A stretch of 64,000 bases of DNA from Auanema rhodensis. Lineage: Eukaryota > Animalia > Nematoda. Below are positions 12,159 through 25,549 of the stretch, piece by piece. The position numbers and the translations under genes are program-made. The stretch spans positions 9,548,001-9,612,000 of the forward strand of contig OZ059894.1 of NCBI GenBank assembly GCA_964057225.1. Reading direction: 5' to 3'. Under the pieces are notes generated by a model. It worked only from the letters and a program-made list of their open reading frames with translations. It was not told the origin of the DNA and searched no databases. How positions within the stretch are numbered: the first letter of the stretch is position 1; every line of letters begins with the position of its first letter.

Positions 12159-13337
12159 ATGGGCCTCCTAAGCTTAACCTCCGCAACTGTTGCATTGTCA
12201 GGTACTACCCTTCTCATCTCATTATTAGGTGTAGCTTATCTTCATGGCGAAGTTACTAATATGTGGAATGAGCTTGATAATGACATCAACATGTTCAAGG
12301 TACTGTATTCCATTATTTGTTTCTTAATTTTGTATTATGATACAGAGTATCACCGACGATTCATGGAACGGTATGATCTCTCTTGGAGCTGGAAGTCCCA
12401 GCACCAGAAGTCGTCGTCAATATGGTGGATACGGTGCTACCGGATCTCAGCCACCACTTGACGAGAGTACGCTATTATGACTTCTTCTTTACATATTCTT
12501 GTTTTTAACTTATATTGAATTCAAAATGCTTTATTCTTCCGTTTCTAGATTCTGCGGAGGAAGGAGGTGTCAGCGTTGCAAACCCCAATTTTCCAAACTT
12601 CATTAATCCAACTGACAAACAGACAGACCTCTGCCAATGTAATGCAGAGAATAAATGTCCTGCTGGTCCTGCTGGACCAGAAGGTGAACAAGGCCCAGAC
12701 GGAGAAGATGGTATCCCAGGAGTTGATGGATACGATGGTGGTGATGCCACTGACTCTCCCAGTTTCAGTGATGCTCTTGGTTGTTTCACATGTCCATCAG
12801 GTTTGAAATATTTGAAAAAATACAAATTCATGTTTGATGATCAGGACCCCAAGGCAGACAAGGAGATATGGGACCTTCTGGTATGCGTGGAATGCGCGGA
12901 GCTCGTGGACAATCTGGGCGTCCCGGACGTGATGGAAATCCAGGAATGCCAGGAGATATTGGACCACCAGGAGTTCCAGGAGCTGATGGAAATCCAGGAA
13001 TTATCGGAGAGCGTGGAGATGACGCAGAACAACTTGTACCAAGAACAGTATGATCAAATAGATTGATGAGCATTTTTAATTATTCTATATTCAGGGACTT
13101 CGCGGACCACGTGGACCAGAAGGACCACCAGGAGTTGCTGGAAACCACGGCAGAGACGCTCGCACCGGCCTTCGTGGACCACCAGGTATGGAAGGAATCA
13201 CCGGCTATCAAGGAGCTGCCGGAGCTGATGGTGGTGAAGGTCCAGAAGGAGCTCCCGGAAAGCCAGGACAAGACGCGGAATACTGTAAATGTCCAGAACG
13301 CGAAGGTGGTCCAACTTTCAAGAAATTCTCGAATTAA
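12159..13337 (+). CDS. rol-6: Cuticle collagen, ROL-6-like
   Basis: Five exons. Col_cuticle_N domain, RSRR furin site followed by [12 protein letters not shown]...[40 protein letters not shown] and C-terminal DAEYCKCP, collinear with recalled C. elegans ROL-6. Confidence 0.88.
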
Positions 13338-13692
13338 TAAGACAAATGTAAATTATATTCATAATTTATTTCCCAAATACAATAATTATTTTATTTTTAC
13401 CTTAATTTTGGTAATTCGTTTTCTTAAAAAAAAGAAAAATGACATATAGAAGATGGAGAGATGATGGAAAGTTTGAAATTTCAAATTTCCAATAAACATT
13501 CACAGAATGTTAAAGTTTTAAATCAAAAAACACAGACCATAAATGACTAAAAAAGATTAATTTCTTCTAATTTTAACTAAAAATTGTTTTAAAAAAATAA
13601 TTTTAACTAATTTTAACTAAAAATACATTGGGAGATATATAAATAGAGAATTAAGCAGATTTTATGCGAAAAAAGGATGTTTCAAGTTGTAT

Positions 13693-14876
13693 TTACTTCT
13701 TGTTTATCAGATTCAGGAATTCTTCTCGTGTTTTTGGATCGTCTCTGAAAGATAAGTTAATCAATTTTACGTACAGATCATAGTTACTGTGAGAAATTAG
13801 AAACATATAAACTAAAGAATTACCGGAAAACTCCAAGCATACATGATGTGGTAGTTGTAGCATTGATCTTCTGAACTCCGCGCATTACCATACACATATG
13901 ACTGAAATTATTTATTTATTTGTTTTTTAAAATTAATTATCATTCTCATAATTTAAATTTAAATTATTATTTCCCTGTTTTTCGTGATTTTCAAAATTTT
14001 TAATTGATTTACCTGGCTTCTATGACGACAGCAACACCGGTAGGTTGAACTGCTTGTACCATGGCAGTTGCAACTTGCTTTGTTAAACGTTCTTGAACTA
14101 AATTAATAATGTTAACAACATTTTTTCAAAAGAAAGGGAGAGAGATAGAGAGAGGGAGATAGAGAGAGAGGGAGAGTTGTAAATAGTTTGAGAGAGAAAC
14201 AAACCTTGTAATCTTCTGCTGAACATTTCAACAATTCTTGCTAATTTACTAAGTCCCAATACTTTTTTGTTTGGAATATATCCGATGTGAACCTGAAATT
14301 TATAATTTTTTAGTTTTTGAAGTAAGATTAGTGGCATTTACCTTTCCCAAAAATGGAACCAAATGATGTTCACATAAAGAAAACATTTCTATATCTCTTA
14401 CAATTACCATTTCATCATGATCTTCATCAAATACAGCTTCATTAATTATTTCTTCAAAGACATAAGATTTGATTTTTAAAAATTAAAAAATGATATTTAC
14501 CATCTAATTGTTGTTCATATCCTTTTGTGAAAGCTAACATAGCTTTAGCAGCTCTTTCTGGAGTTTTAAGTAAGCCTTGACGGTTAACATCTTCGCCCAA
14601 ATGGCTAATTATTGAGGAATAAGCCTGAAAATAAAGTTTTAACGATTAGATATGCAACTTAAAGTTGAACCTGAGCCATGTTATTCAAATTGCTATCCTT
14701 ATGAGACAAATCGCTCATCATCTTGTCAACCTGAAATATTTTGAATAATAATCCAGATGACGTAGATTGTATTGAAGGAGTTGAAAAGGTTGAAAGAAAA
14801 GTTTATTTACCTCCTTAACTTCATCGTTTTGAAGACTTTGGCTGTTATCAGATTGAAATCCACTTTCAGCTTCCAT
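13693..14876 (-). CDS. cat-4: GTP cyclohydrolase I
   Basis: Spliced motifs [65 protein letters not shown] and [12 protein letters not shown]. Confidence 0.96.
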
Positions 14877-17282
14877 TCCTTTTATGCTTTGTTGTATATC
14901 TCAAAAAGTTGAAATAGTTAACTAAGATCTTAACGGCGAGAGAAATAGTGGAAGAGAAATGATGAATGGTTTGCGATAACAGGTGAAACTGAATAGAAGA
15001 GTAATGAAAGAAAAAGTGGAAAAAACATAGTTGGAAACGATTTGTTCTTCAAGATAAAATGTGTTTTCAGTGCCTCTTCTCATGAAAAAGAAAAAAGAAT
15101 GGAACAGACTAATCGGAAATTATGCCGGAAGCTATTGTCATCATAAATCTTTGAGACATGTACAATTATGTTTGAAAAAAGAAAAGAACAACGAACATCT
15201 CAGAAATATCTTATTTTGGTAACGAAAAACGATTGAAAAAACTTGTATTAGTAGATAGTCAACATTAGGCTTCTAGAGCATAGCCATTGGTCTATGGAAA
15301 TGCTGAAATGAAGGCAGAGGGGGGAGGCGCAACCATGTTCAGTGAAATGAGTAAGTAAGCACGTAGCCTGATTGATATGACATTACATCATAATCATACA
15401 AATTGACCTATTAGCTAACATATAAGGTCAAACAAAACTCTTTTTTCTTATCTGTGTCTGGGGGAATAATCAAGTGGAATTGTAAAAAGAGTAGCAAAGA
15501 ATCAGTGCGATCAGCTCTTGTTGTCATCAGTTTGACGCATGAGTTCATACATCAATAAGCTCAACTAGTAGACGATTACGAGCAGCCAGAAAGTGATATA
15601 GATGCTGTATGATGATTAAGGTAAATGCTAAAAGCATATCATACGAGAAGAATGATCTGAGAAAGAGTGATGAAGACAAGACCAAAAACTGTCGCTTTGC
15701 GACAGCTGGCAATTGATTACAAAAAGAAAGATCAAAGACGGTATGGTTTCTCAGGACAGATTTTTTACGTAGATAAAACATCGGTTTCCTGTTGATATAA
15801 TCACTAAATTTTTGAACAAAATTTCTTTTTTTTTTCTTTGAAGAAGAAGAAGAAAATTTACAATTTTAGTTAATGAATTATGAGAAAAATGATATATTAT
15901 TGAAAGCTAAACGATCTATGAAATACAAAAAAAAACCAAAAAATTAGCAGAAATATGGAGCAGAATGTGAAGGATTATCATGATTATTTAGAAATATTTT
16001 TATAAATATATATATGATATATAGTTAATATATATCGTTAAAACTATATAGTTCTATGTAATTTTACCAAATGAATGATGTCAGATGATGTTTCACGTGG
16101 AAATACGTGTAAATTGCATTTTAACGATCACAGACGCATGAAATGGGTTGTATTCAGTTAATGCATATGTAGTTGTTTGAAATTAATAGCTGAAATTCCA
16201 GAAAAGAAATGAAGAAGAGGAGAATCTAAGGTTAAGTTGAAACTAGATAGTATCTGATAAAAAAAAACCCCATATATAGTCAGAATCTTATCAGTATTTT
16301 ATAAATTTTTTCGTATAATATTGTGTTATTAGAGCTAAAACTATAATTTAGTTGAGAGCATTGTGTGTTAGACATTAATTATTTTGATTCTTTTTTTTTG
16401 CTCCAAAACTATAATACAGTTTTATCAGTATTTTTATAAAATAAATATGAATTGTTTCCAAATAATACAAGATTTTCAAGAAAAGAAATTACATTTTAAA
16501 TTAAAAAAAAAAGAAAAAAACTAATCAACCGGTTCATGATCGTAATCAATAGAAAGAAAAACGAAATATAATGATGCAGATGTATGAAGATGTCATTGAA
16601 ATCATTTTCGATTGTAGTCATATGTAGCTAGATGGTACAAAGAAAATTCAATTTAAACCAATTAAAACTTACTACAACCTTCGGATGTAAATTGAAGTTT
16701 AAACACAAAAAAAAAATAAAATAAAGGATATCTAATGGGAAAAAAAGTTTTTTTTTGCTGTTTTCGCGTGATAGCAATTAAGTGGAAAATAACTATATTG
16801 ACCTAGATATTAATGTATATGATTGTTAAAGATTTTCAAGATGTAGATGTGAATTTCAGAAGTTTGGAAAAGCTTTGATGGATTGGAGGAAGAATAAAGA
16901 ATTTTAGATAAATTCTGGTTGAATAGTTGGTTCTGTTGGTTCATCATTTAAAGTTTTTAAGCGTTTAGACTATTCAGTTGCAGCACATTTGTCTGAGATG
17001 AAACAAGTTTCATGATAGAAATTGTAATTGTGAAACATCAAAGACATGTGGGCTGTTTGAATTTTTAGATTTTTCCGCTTAGGGAACAAGTTTGGGTGAC
17101 GAACTTTAACATGTGTAGCTGTTCAAGATGATGTTGATAAAAAGGTTAAACTGACTAATGAAATATAATGGTAATGTATGTAAAACATGATCAAAAACTA
17201 GAAATCATCCGATATAATAAGCATCATGAGATCATTTAACAACTTTACTACCTGATCACACTTTTCCATTCCGAAAGTATTG

Positions 17283-17287
<5 letters not shown>

Positions 17288-17348
<61 letters not shown>
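17288..17348. repeat. (TC)n followed by (TATC)n compound microsatellite
   Basis: Seen directly. Confidence 0.95.
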
Positions 17349-17349
<1 letters not shown>

Positions 17350-18630
17350 GCATACTAAAGAACTACTCTTTCTACTCGTTTTCTTTAAGAAGCATGTATT
17401 GAAATGTAGACAATTGAGGAGAATGCTCATTAAGAAATAGATACAGGAAAAGCAATACGCCGAGTTCCGGCCGTTTAAGGTGCCGGTTTCCATAAATCCG
17501 AAGCAAATACCGGATATGACGATACAGAAAACGGAGGCGGTGGACAAAAAGATCTCATGAATAAGTTATTTCATTCAAATTCTAAAAAGAATATAATTCA
17601 AAAATGAAATAAGAAGATAGGTGAAGGTGTAGCGGGATTAATCTCAGTAACAAGCATAGGTTTCACATTACTTTGGAATTTTTAATGAAAATGAAAGAAA
17701 AATGAATAAAAGAATTATGTTGTTAGCATAGACTATCATAAGAATATGCTGTAATAACAATGTTATCTCAGGGAAAATAACTTTCGTAAGGTTGGTAACC
17801 ATGTTTAGAACGGATAAATCAAAATTTGTAGATCTTGAACACGGTTTTGCACGAAAATACTTTAGTAGGTTCGTGTTTTTGTGTGAAGATGATCCAGAAT
17901 TCGTAGTAAAAGTGATTTAGTTCAAGAAAAGTAAGTGGGCTAGAAAGGAAATATGATAGAGAATTGAAATCAAATGAGGAAAACCAAAAAAATTAAAAAA
18001 AAAAACTTTATAAAAGAGGTAAGGGAGTTGGTCAAGGGTTGTGCCACCTAGTGGACAATCTAACAAATCGACTGGACAAACGACATGAGTAAGCGAAAGT
18101 TCAGACATACTCTTGCACTAGTACATGTTGATGTTAACCATCTGAATTGAAAAAAAACGTTTTGAAGGGAACAGAAGGCAAAAAAAAGGAAAAACGTTCG
18201 ATATGCCCATATGTGGGCATAGCACTACCTAGAACGTGTTTCAACCTGAAGATACATCATCATTGCGTTGGTGATCGTCTATAGATGTATATCGCACATT
18301 TCAATACCCAACTTTGCACCTATTCTTATCTCATATTCTCTCTCTCTCATTCTTTCTCTCTCTCTCACTCTCTCCCTCTTTCTTTTTCATTCTCTTTCTC
18401 TTCTATATTTCTTGAAATCTTTTTATAGTTTTTATGTATAAAGAATCGTTATTTTTCATAATAATACATTTGTTTTGCTATTAATTGCAACAAAAAAAAG
18501 AAGAAAAAATCAACTTTGTTCAGCAAGAATTTCGATGAAATCTCACCATTTACATACATTCATCGCTCATCGCTTTGAGGGAAAAGACAAAAAAAACATT
18601 TGAAACGCAGATTGCCTATACGACAAGAGC

Positions 18631-19207
18631 ATGAACAGTTTCACAGATGAACCGTTGTGGTGTTTAGATGAAACTGTTTGTGATGAAAACTCATGGGTTG
18701 AAAACATGGATACATGTAGCAAAGAACAAAACAATGAAACTCGTGAACATTCGCCAATTTCAATCTCAGAGCATGACTATGCTGTCCGGAAGAAACAGGA
18801 GTTTGTTTTTGGAGAATGCGGAACCGTAAGATTATCAAACAACATCAGAAAGATTGCTTTGAAAATGTGTTTTACCTCGAGAAAACAGGAAAAATTGTCT
18901 ACAATGAATGAAACAAAATGTCTACACATATTAAGCAAACTGCTTCAAAATGGACAGTCTGAATATTCAGATTCGAAAAGCAATAGCATTCTGGAGACAG
19001 CACCCACGCAAGCGCAGACACACACACAGACATATTGACTATTGGCTGTCGACGATACGAACTACGTGTCATCGATACAAGATCGTTCGTTGTCTTCGTC
19101 AAACTACCCAACCCTATTGCAAATCATGCAGCCAATCAGCTAACCAAGAAACAACTCAGCAACAGAAATCTGTCGTTTTATCCGTTTGGACGATTGTATG
19201 TGTGTAG
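18631..19207 (+). CDS. Orphan small protein with EHDY motif; unspliced 135 aa (18631-19038) or spliced about 143 aa (intron 18826-18970)
   Basis: ATG-initiated ORF with coding-like composition. A phase-0 gtaaga...attcag intron would join frame 18631 to frame 18950 (IRKAIAFWRQHPRKRR...). Confidence 0.45.
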
Positions 19208-20478
19208 ATGAAACCTAGATATAAGTTAAATCTACATAGAAATTGATAGAACATTCTTAAAATATTCGAAAAAACACAAAACAACTAAAACAGAGGCGGA
19301 GAAGAAGAGGAAACACAGAATGATGTATAAGCTGTATGCTGCTACTGTTTTCATGCTTTATATATCCATTAGTGACGTCCTTCTTCTAATCGTTTGAAGC
19401 CATCGGAGTAACTACAGGCAGCATTGCATACGGCGTTCATGCCCCAGCCATTCAAGTAGCTTTTGCCTGAAGTTGGAGAGGAGATAGACTGGATTGAAAA
19501 TGACGAGCTGATGCAAATCTCGAACACATCATCGTTGTACTGGTTTTATGGCGATAAATCTTAAATATCAGAAGCATTCCATCTTTGGCAATTGTACTTT
19601 TAAGAATTCTTTAGATTAAGAGCGAAGTAGCAAAACATTTTGGCGTAGTCGAACTGCATGACATGGCCAAATGCCTACGTTTCGGAATCGCTAAACGCAT
19701 TTCTTCATCTAACTATCTGTGTTCATATCTATGCGGTTAGTCATTAAATAGCTTCGGATGTTGCGATAATTAATGCCACACCTGAAAGTTGCGAATATGC
19801 TCAAGCTACGAGTGCACTGCAAAGAGGACAATGATCCTGTTGTGGCAATTTATCATTGAATCTATTAATCAGCTTTGTCCAATGGCATAGATATGAGACA
19901 GCTCTATCAGAACTCGTCAAGATGTGGAATCTTAACAACAGGCACAGATAATCGAGCAAACTAAGTGGCCAAATCAAAGAGAAACAGATGAGGATACTGA
20001 AGTTAGCTTGAACTGATAGAGAGACGAAGAAGAAAAGCATGTGTTGTGTGTTCTGCTGTCATTTCATTTTGCTTCGCCTTCTTTTAATTTATCCCTTTCT
20101 TCTATTCGCTATCCATCTATTCAAGCAGGCTCTAACTCTAGCTTATACAGGGGTTCTCTCTATCTCTCTTTCTCTCGTCCCCTCTCTCTCAGTCACTGGA
20201 TGCTCTCAATCCCTTCTATTCATCTTATCACTCTCTTAGACATCTACCTCTGTCAATTCTTTCAATCACTTGCTAACATCATAGAGAGTCCGTCAGTAGT
20301 GATCGTATCGTCTCCTGCAATTCTACTTTTCATGATTTTTTAGACAAACCTGTTAGTTTTTTTTCGTAATTTTGATAATTGACAATAAACTGCCCAACTT
20401 CTATAATTTCTTCTGCTCTTTTAATTATTTTAACAATCATTTTTCCGATAAAAACCATAGATCAAAGCAATCTTACAG

Positions 20479-23400
20479 ATGGCATCTTTTATTAAAAAAC
20501 TGGTAGACGTTCGAAATCGTTCAAAATCTCCAGTTAAGCAGGTAATTACAAGATTTTTACTACTTTTCATCTCATTATCTATCTCATTTCTTAGCGGCAA
20601 CGTCCATTACCTCCACCATCTCTACATTATCCTCATCATCCACATTCTCCAACCTATGTTCATAATGGTTATGCTGGTTGCGAACAAGCTTCATTCATCT
20701 ATGGATCTCTACCTCGTCCAGGATTATCCCATCAATATTCAAGAGATTTCGTACGTTTTATCATAATACATCTTCTTCTTTATCAAATGACTGTTTGTTT
20801 TAGTCACCTTATGCTCCTTCAGCAAGTTTGTTACCGTTGCCACCTTCTCCGTTTATGACACCCACACCTGTTGTTCGTAATAGCTCCAGATTAAGTGCTC
20901 CACATAGTAATCAAAGTAATGTAAGTGGATATGACTTTCATCTTGTTTTCTAGAAAAAAAAACATCAAATATCATGGTTTTTCTTTGATATTTCTCAAAA
21001 ACATAATAAAAATCTCATTAAATCATGATATCTTCATACGAATTTATATCGAAATAATTCAGTTTTTAAGAGATTTTAAGCACGAAAATATAAAAAAAAT
21101 CCATCACTTATCAACTGTTTATTACAACTCCATTCTGGAAAACTAAGAGTTTTTCAAATTATTGTCGTAAACGTTGTCACTAAAATACACTGAACTGAAG
21201 AAAAAACAGTGCATTGGTGACTGGAGATGGCTCTCCAAGAGCTTCACAATTGCTCATTTGTTGTGCCATCATCTCTCCCTTTTCTCTCTTTCGTCCGTTT
21301 CGAACAATATTTTCGAACTTTCACACATATTTTCTTCTTACCTATTTATAATTTTTGTCATTTCTCATTATTTCTTTTAACATTTTGAAACTTATTTTTA
21401 AGTTATTATTATATTTATTGATTAATTAATTTCATTTTTATTTGTTTTTTTTTTTCTCAAAAAAAAGTCAGTGAGAGTCAGAATGGATTCGGGAACACTC
21501 TGACAGAGAGGAAAAAAAAAGAATTGAAATTCAACGAATCTATTTAAGATGCATGAATGACAAGTATTATGATCAACTAAGCTCATCCATGACATTCTTT
21601 AATGACTTTTTTAGCTTAAAAGACAGTAAAAAATCTTTTTTTGTTGTTGTTGTTGTTCTTTCTTATGATTTTTAATTCAAAAATGCCATGTTTTGCTTGC
21701 AGGAATCCGTCGGCATTCACTCGTGGAACACAGAGAAATCTGATACACTCATAGACAAATTGCCGAAACCGAGAAGATTGGAAGATAATAGTTCATTTTA
21801 TTTGAACAAGGTACACAAATGTTCTCAAGCTCAATAGTTTTTTTAAAATTTAATATTACAACATCAAAGACGAAACATGATAAAAGTACTTTAAGAAAGA
21901 AATATTTATTTTATATTTGAAATAAAAAAAAATAAAAATTGATTGATTTCCTTTAAAGGATCTAGGCTCGCAGATGATTGAACCAGCGTTATTCGATCAA
22001 AATGATACTTTTGGTAGAACACGATCGTATTCACCGCGTAAAGAACGACGACATCATGAAGAGAAGTCAGCAAGGTAATTCTCAGTTCTCATATGAAGAT
22101 AGCACACGAAGCTATTTGCATATCATTGCTTTATCGTAAATATGTTTCAAATTCTTTAATTTTTTTGGTTTTCAATAATGAAAATGATGATTATTACTAC
22201 GAATGATTCGAGCATTTGTTGTGAGGTTTTGTGTAAAATATGATGAAAAGCTGTCAAACAGCATGTTGGTCTGATAGCTTTTGCGGTAAGAATTTTATTT
22301 TTCGAACTTTTCTTCTGAAGATGTTGACGAAAAAAAAACAAAATGATTTTTTGTTATTTATCAAGATTTGTGTGATGAGAGATAACATTAGCTTATCGTG
22401 TCTTTCAACCATCCCATGTTATCCGAGTTAGATGAGGGCACGTGAAAGTCCACGTGAATCATTTTTTATTTATTTTAACAGCAAATTTGATGTAAAGCGG
22501 TTGTATTCAAACACATTTTAGTAAAATATATCATTTTCTTATAATATTTTATATATTTTTCAGATCAAAATCTCCTCATAAAAAGAAAACTGTCAGTAAT
22601 ACATTAGATTATTTAAATAGCCAATGTCATTTGGAAGGATGTTCTGTAGGAATTGTTGTTAACGTTAGTCAAATTTTTTTCTGTTTGAAAATATCAGTTC
22701 AACTTCATGTTTTATGGTTTTAACGTCTTGATTTATTTCTTGTTTTCCAATCTTTTCAATCTATCATTATCAGTTTTGTTGGGAAATGCTTAAAGTTTTC
22801 GGAGATTTATAGCATCTTTCATTTATGCCATTGTTAACAGGTGTCTCTCTCTCTCTATCCCTCCCTCTTTATCTTATCTATAGAAAGGCTGACTATCTCA
22901 AGAATGACCAGAATGAATTTATTATATAAATTTACAAAAGAAAAGATGGAAAATGAGAAATATTTCGTGTTCCGGAACTAAAATTTAAAAATTTAATCCG
23001 TTCTTTCTATGAAAGATATTACAGACTACGCGTTTTTTAATTTGTCGTCATCAACTGTGTCATTCATCTGAATATTTTAAGAATTTAGTTAATACAACAC
23101 CTAGAAATGAAGATATTTATGTGAGAATTTATAATTATATTATCTATAATTAAAGAAAATTATCATTTAATTTCAAAATGTTCCAGATAGCTGTTTCGGG
23201 TCTAAGTAATCCATCACCAACTACACAATTCCGCTGGTTCGTTGAAAGCTGTATCCCTTGTCCAGCTTTAAAAGATGTAGAAGGTATGATTTTATATTTT
23301 GTTTCGCAATAATTATTTTATATTGTATATTTAATCTAATCTTTATCATTCAGATGATACGTTAGAAACTTGTATGCGATTGAGTAGACGTTTTGAAGCT

Positions 23401-24747
23401 GGAGGCTTAGAAGTCCGATGTGCAAAGTATATTATAGAAAATGTAAGAGAATTTTATTTTTTATTCATTAAGTTTGATTGTTGCATCTTCGTCTTGATGT
23501 TGTTTATCTCATCAACATACTTTGATATGTTTGTTACAGGCATTTTCAAGACAACCCATTGTAGCTTTATGTTGGCTTAACTGGTGTCTGAAGCATAAAT
23601 TCGAACAACAGGTCAGTATCAAGCTTTGTTGTTAACTGAACAATCATTCTAATTGTTGGTTCTTCTTCTTCTCTTTTTTTCAACTTTGTTATGCAGGTTG
23701 TACAAGCATGTATGCCAAGTGTTGCTCGATTATCGTTATGTAGCCTAGAACAGCATCGACATATGATGAGTGAAAAGGTATTTGCTGATATCTTAGCAGC
23801 TAAACTAAGAGGATGTTATGAGAAAGTAATACTTTTCTAATTATAATGCATATATAAATTGATTTGTATTCATCAGGCAGTTCATGTATTTCGTACAATA
23901 CATCAAATGGATCATTTCTCTATTGATATGGATCGTTGTCCACGATGTGGTCGAACTAAGGATGGTTTGCGAGTTAAAGTAAACTCTCATCCATGTCGGT
24001 GAGTGTATGAGACATTCACAATCTCTATTCAATTCATTGTTATCAATCTTTATATCAAAACGACATGCGGCACCGGTTACTCACCTTTCGATCTTTTTCT
24101 TTCTCTGTTCCTCTTTCTTTCATGCACTTAGCTACTATTATTACTATAACATACTTGTTTGTATTAAACCTTTTTTTGTAAGCCCTTATAGCTCAGTGGC
24201 AGAGCGTCTGTCTCGTAAACAGAAGGTCGACGGTTCAATCCCGTCTGAGGGCAATTGTTTTACATTAGAAAAGTATGTTTTATGTTTCAGAAAACAAATA
24301 GGATGTGATAGATGCCTTACTGAAAACTGTGAAATAGAAATCAAGGGAGGAGAAGATTTACAGGCAAGATTATATAAGATTCTTTCAAAACAAATTGCTA
24401 AAGTATTTGCGGTTTTCTCATTTTGTTTGTTATTTTGTTTTTCAACTCAACTTGTCAATTTCGTTTTCCCAACTGTTTGTGTTTAGGCCTTTTATCAGTG
24501 TGCTCATGGATTGCTACCTCTCAATGATATTACTGAAGAATGTCACTGCCAAACCCGATCTCTTGCTATGCATTTAGGTAACTATATAGCTTCATTCAAT
24601 GAATGTGTAAATATGACAAGCTTAACAACATGTTATACAGGTGCCGCATACCCTGCTAGAAGGCCAGAAGATTTCATAATGAACGGAACTACAGTGCGAA
24701 AGACCCGTTCGCCAGATAGAAAACATCGGCATAAAGACAAAAATTGA
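20479..24747 (+). CDS. BTB/POZ-like protein with Pro/Ser-rich N-terminus and Cys-rich C-terminus
   Basis: About 16 exons splice in frame. BTB-like segment VGIVVNTTRFLICRHQLCHSSEYFKNL...DTLETCMRLSRRFEAGGLEVRCAKYI. C-terminal CPRC...HPC...CDRC...CAH...CHC. One GC-AG intron. Confidence 0.8.
24182..24253 (+). tRNA. tRNA-Thr(CGT), intronic in the BTB gene
   Basis: Cloverleaf: acceptor GCCCTTA/TGAGGGC, anticodon arm TCTGT-CT CGT AA-ACAGA, GGTTCAATC T-loop. Confidence 0.95.
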
Positions 24748-24932
24748 GAAGAATATTTCAAATAAAAAAACCTTTATTGCCAAAATATATAAAATAATAT
24801 GCAACTATTTGTACATAAGATCACAGAAAATGAAGATAATAATCATGTATATATACGTATATATGTATGTATATGGACTAGATGCAAAGCAAAAATGGAA
24901 TGTTTAATGATGAAAATGTCTAAAATCTTATT

Positions 24933-25434
24933 TTATGCTATGCTTAAAGCATAAACGACAGATATTGATAATGACAATGGCACTAGATATCTGGCTAATG
25001 TGGATGAATTGCAGTAATCTGAGTCACAAAAGCATTGAGTTGCCTTAATTCTGAAATCAGAAAAATGAGCTGAGCCATCATGTATATGCTGCGTATGTTG
25101 CACAGCAGAGCATTCGCTATACTAACCCCTGTATGGCTATATTCTCACAACCGACATCCAAGTTGTCTTTTCTATCAGCACATCGCTTTTCTACATAGTA
25201 TGTTCCATCCTACAAATTAATTATATAAGAAAAATATTAAAAAAAACTTGAAATTACTGTATTTTTCCCTGTAATTGTTATACAACCTAAGTGATCTGGA
25301 TCACACACTGTTTCTGTTGGTTTTCCTTTGCATTCTGCTGTTGGAGCTGACAAGAAAACACCACATGAATAACAATTCAAAGCTGATGATATAACAAAAA
25401 AAGTCGAAAGAACGGCCAAAATCCTTGTTATCAT
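24933..25434 (-). CDS. Ly6/uPAR (three-finger) protein, probably GPI-anchored
   Basis: Three exons: signal peptide + LNCYSC...C...C...C, KRC...GC, CFCDSDYCN, then a hydrophobic C-terminal tail (LVPLSLSISVVYALSIA*). Confidence 0.88.
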
Positions 25435-25549
25435 CTAAAGAAAGTTTTTCAGAGATGCAATGCGATAAATCGGCATTTTAAACAAAGGTTAAGCAAATAT
25501 GCAAGAGATTAATCACGTTTACAGAGGCACTAAGTGCAAAAGATACGGC

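Noticed and set aside
12505-13271. Antisense ORFs over the collagen (similarly over ptr and papilin)
   Set aside because: Shadow frames of real coding exons.
13569-13625. TAATTTTAAC repeated three times between the collagen and cat-4
   Set aside because: Low-complexity AT-rich slippage repeat.
18202-18232. TATGCCCA-tatg-TGGGCATA hairpin followed by CTAG, like a Helitron 3' end
   Set aside because: The base after CTAG is A rather than the expected T; no 5' end or Rep/helicase remnant seen.
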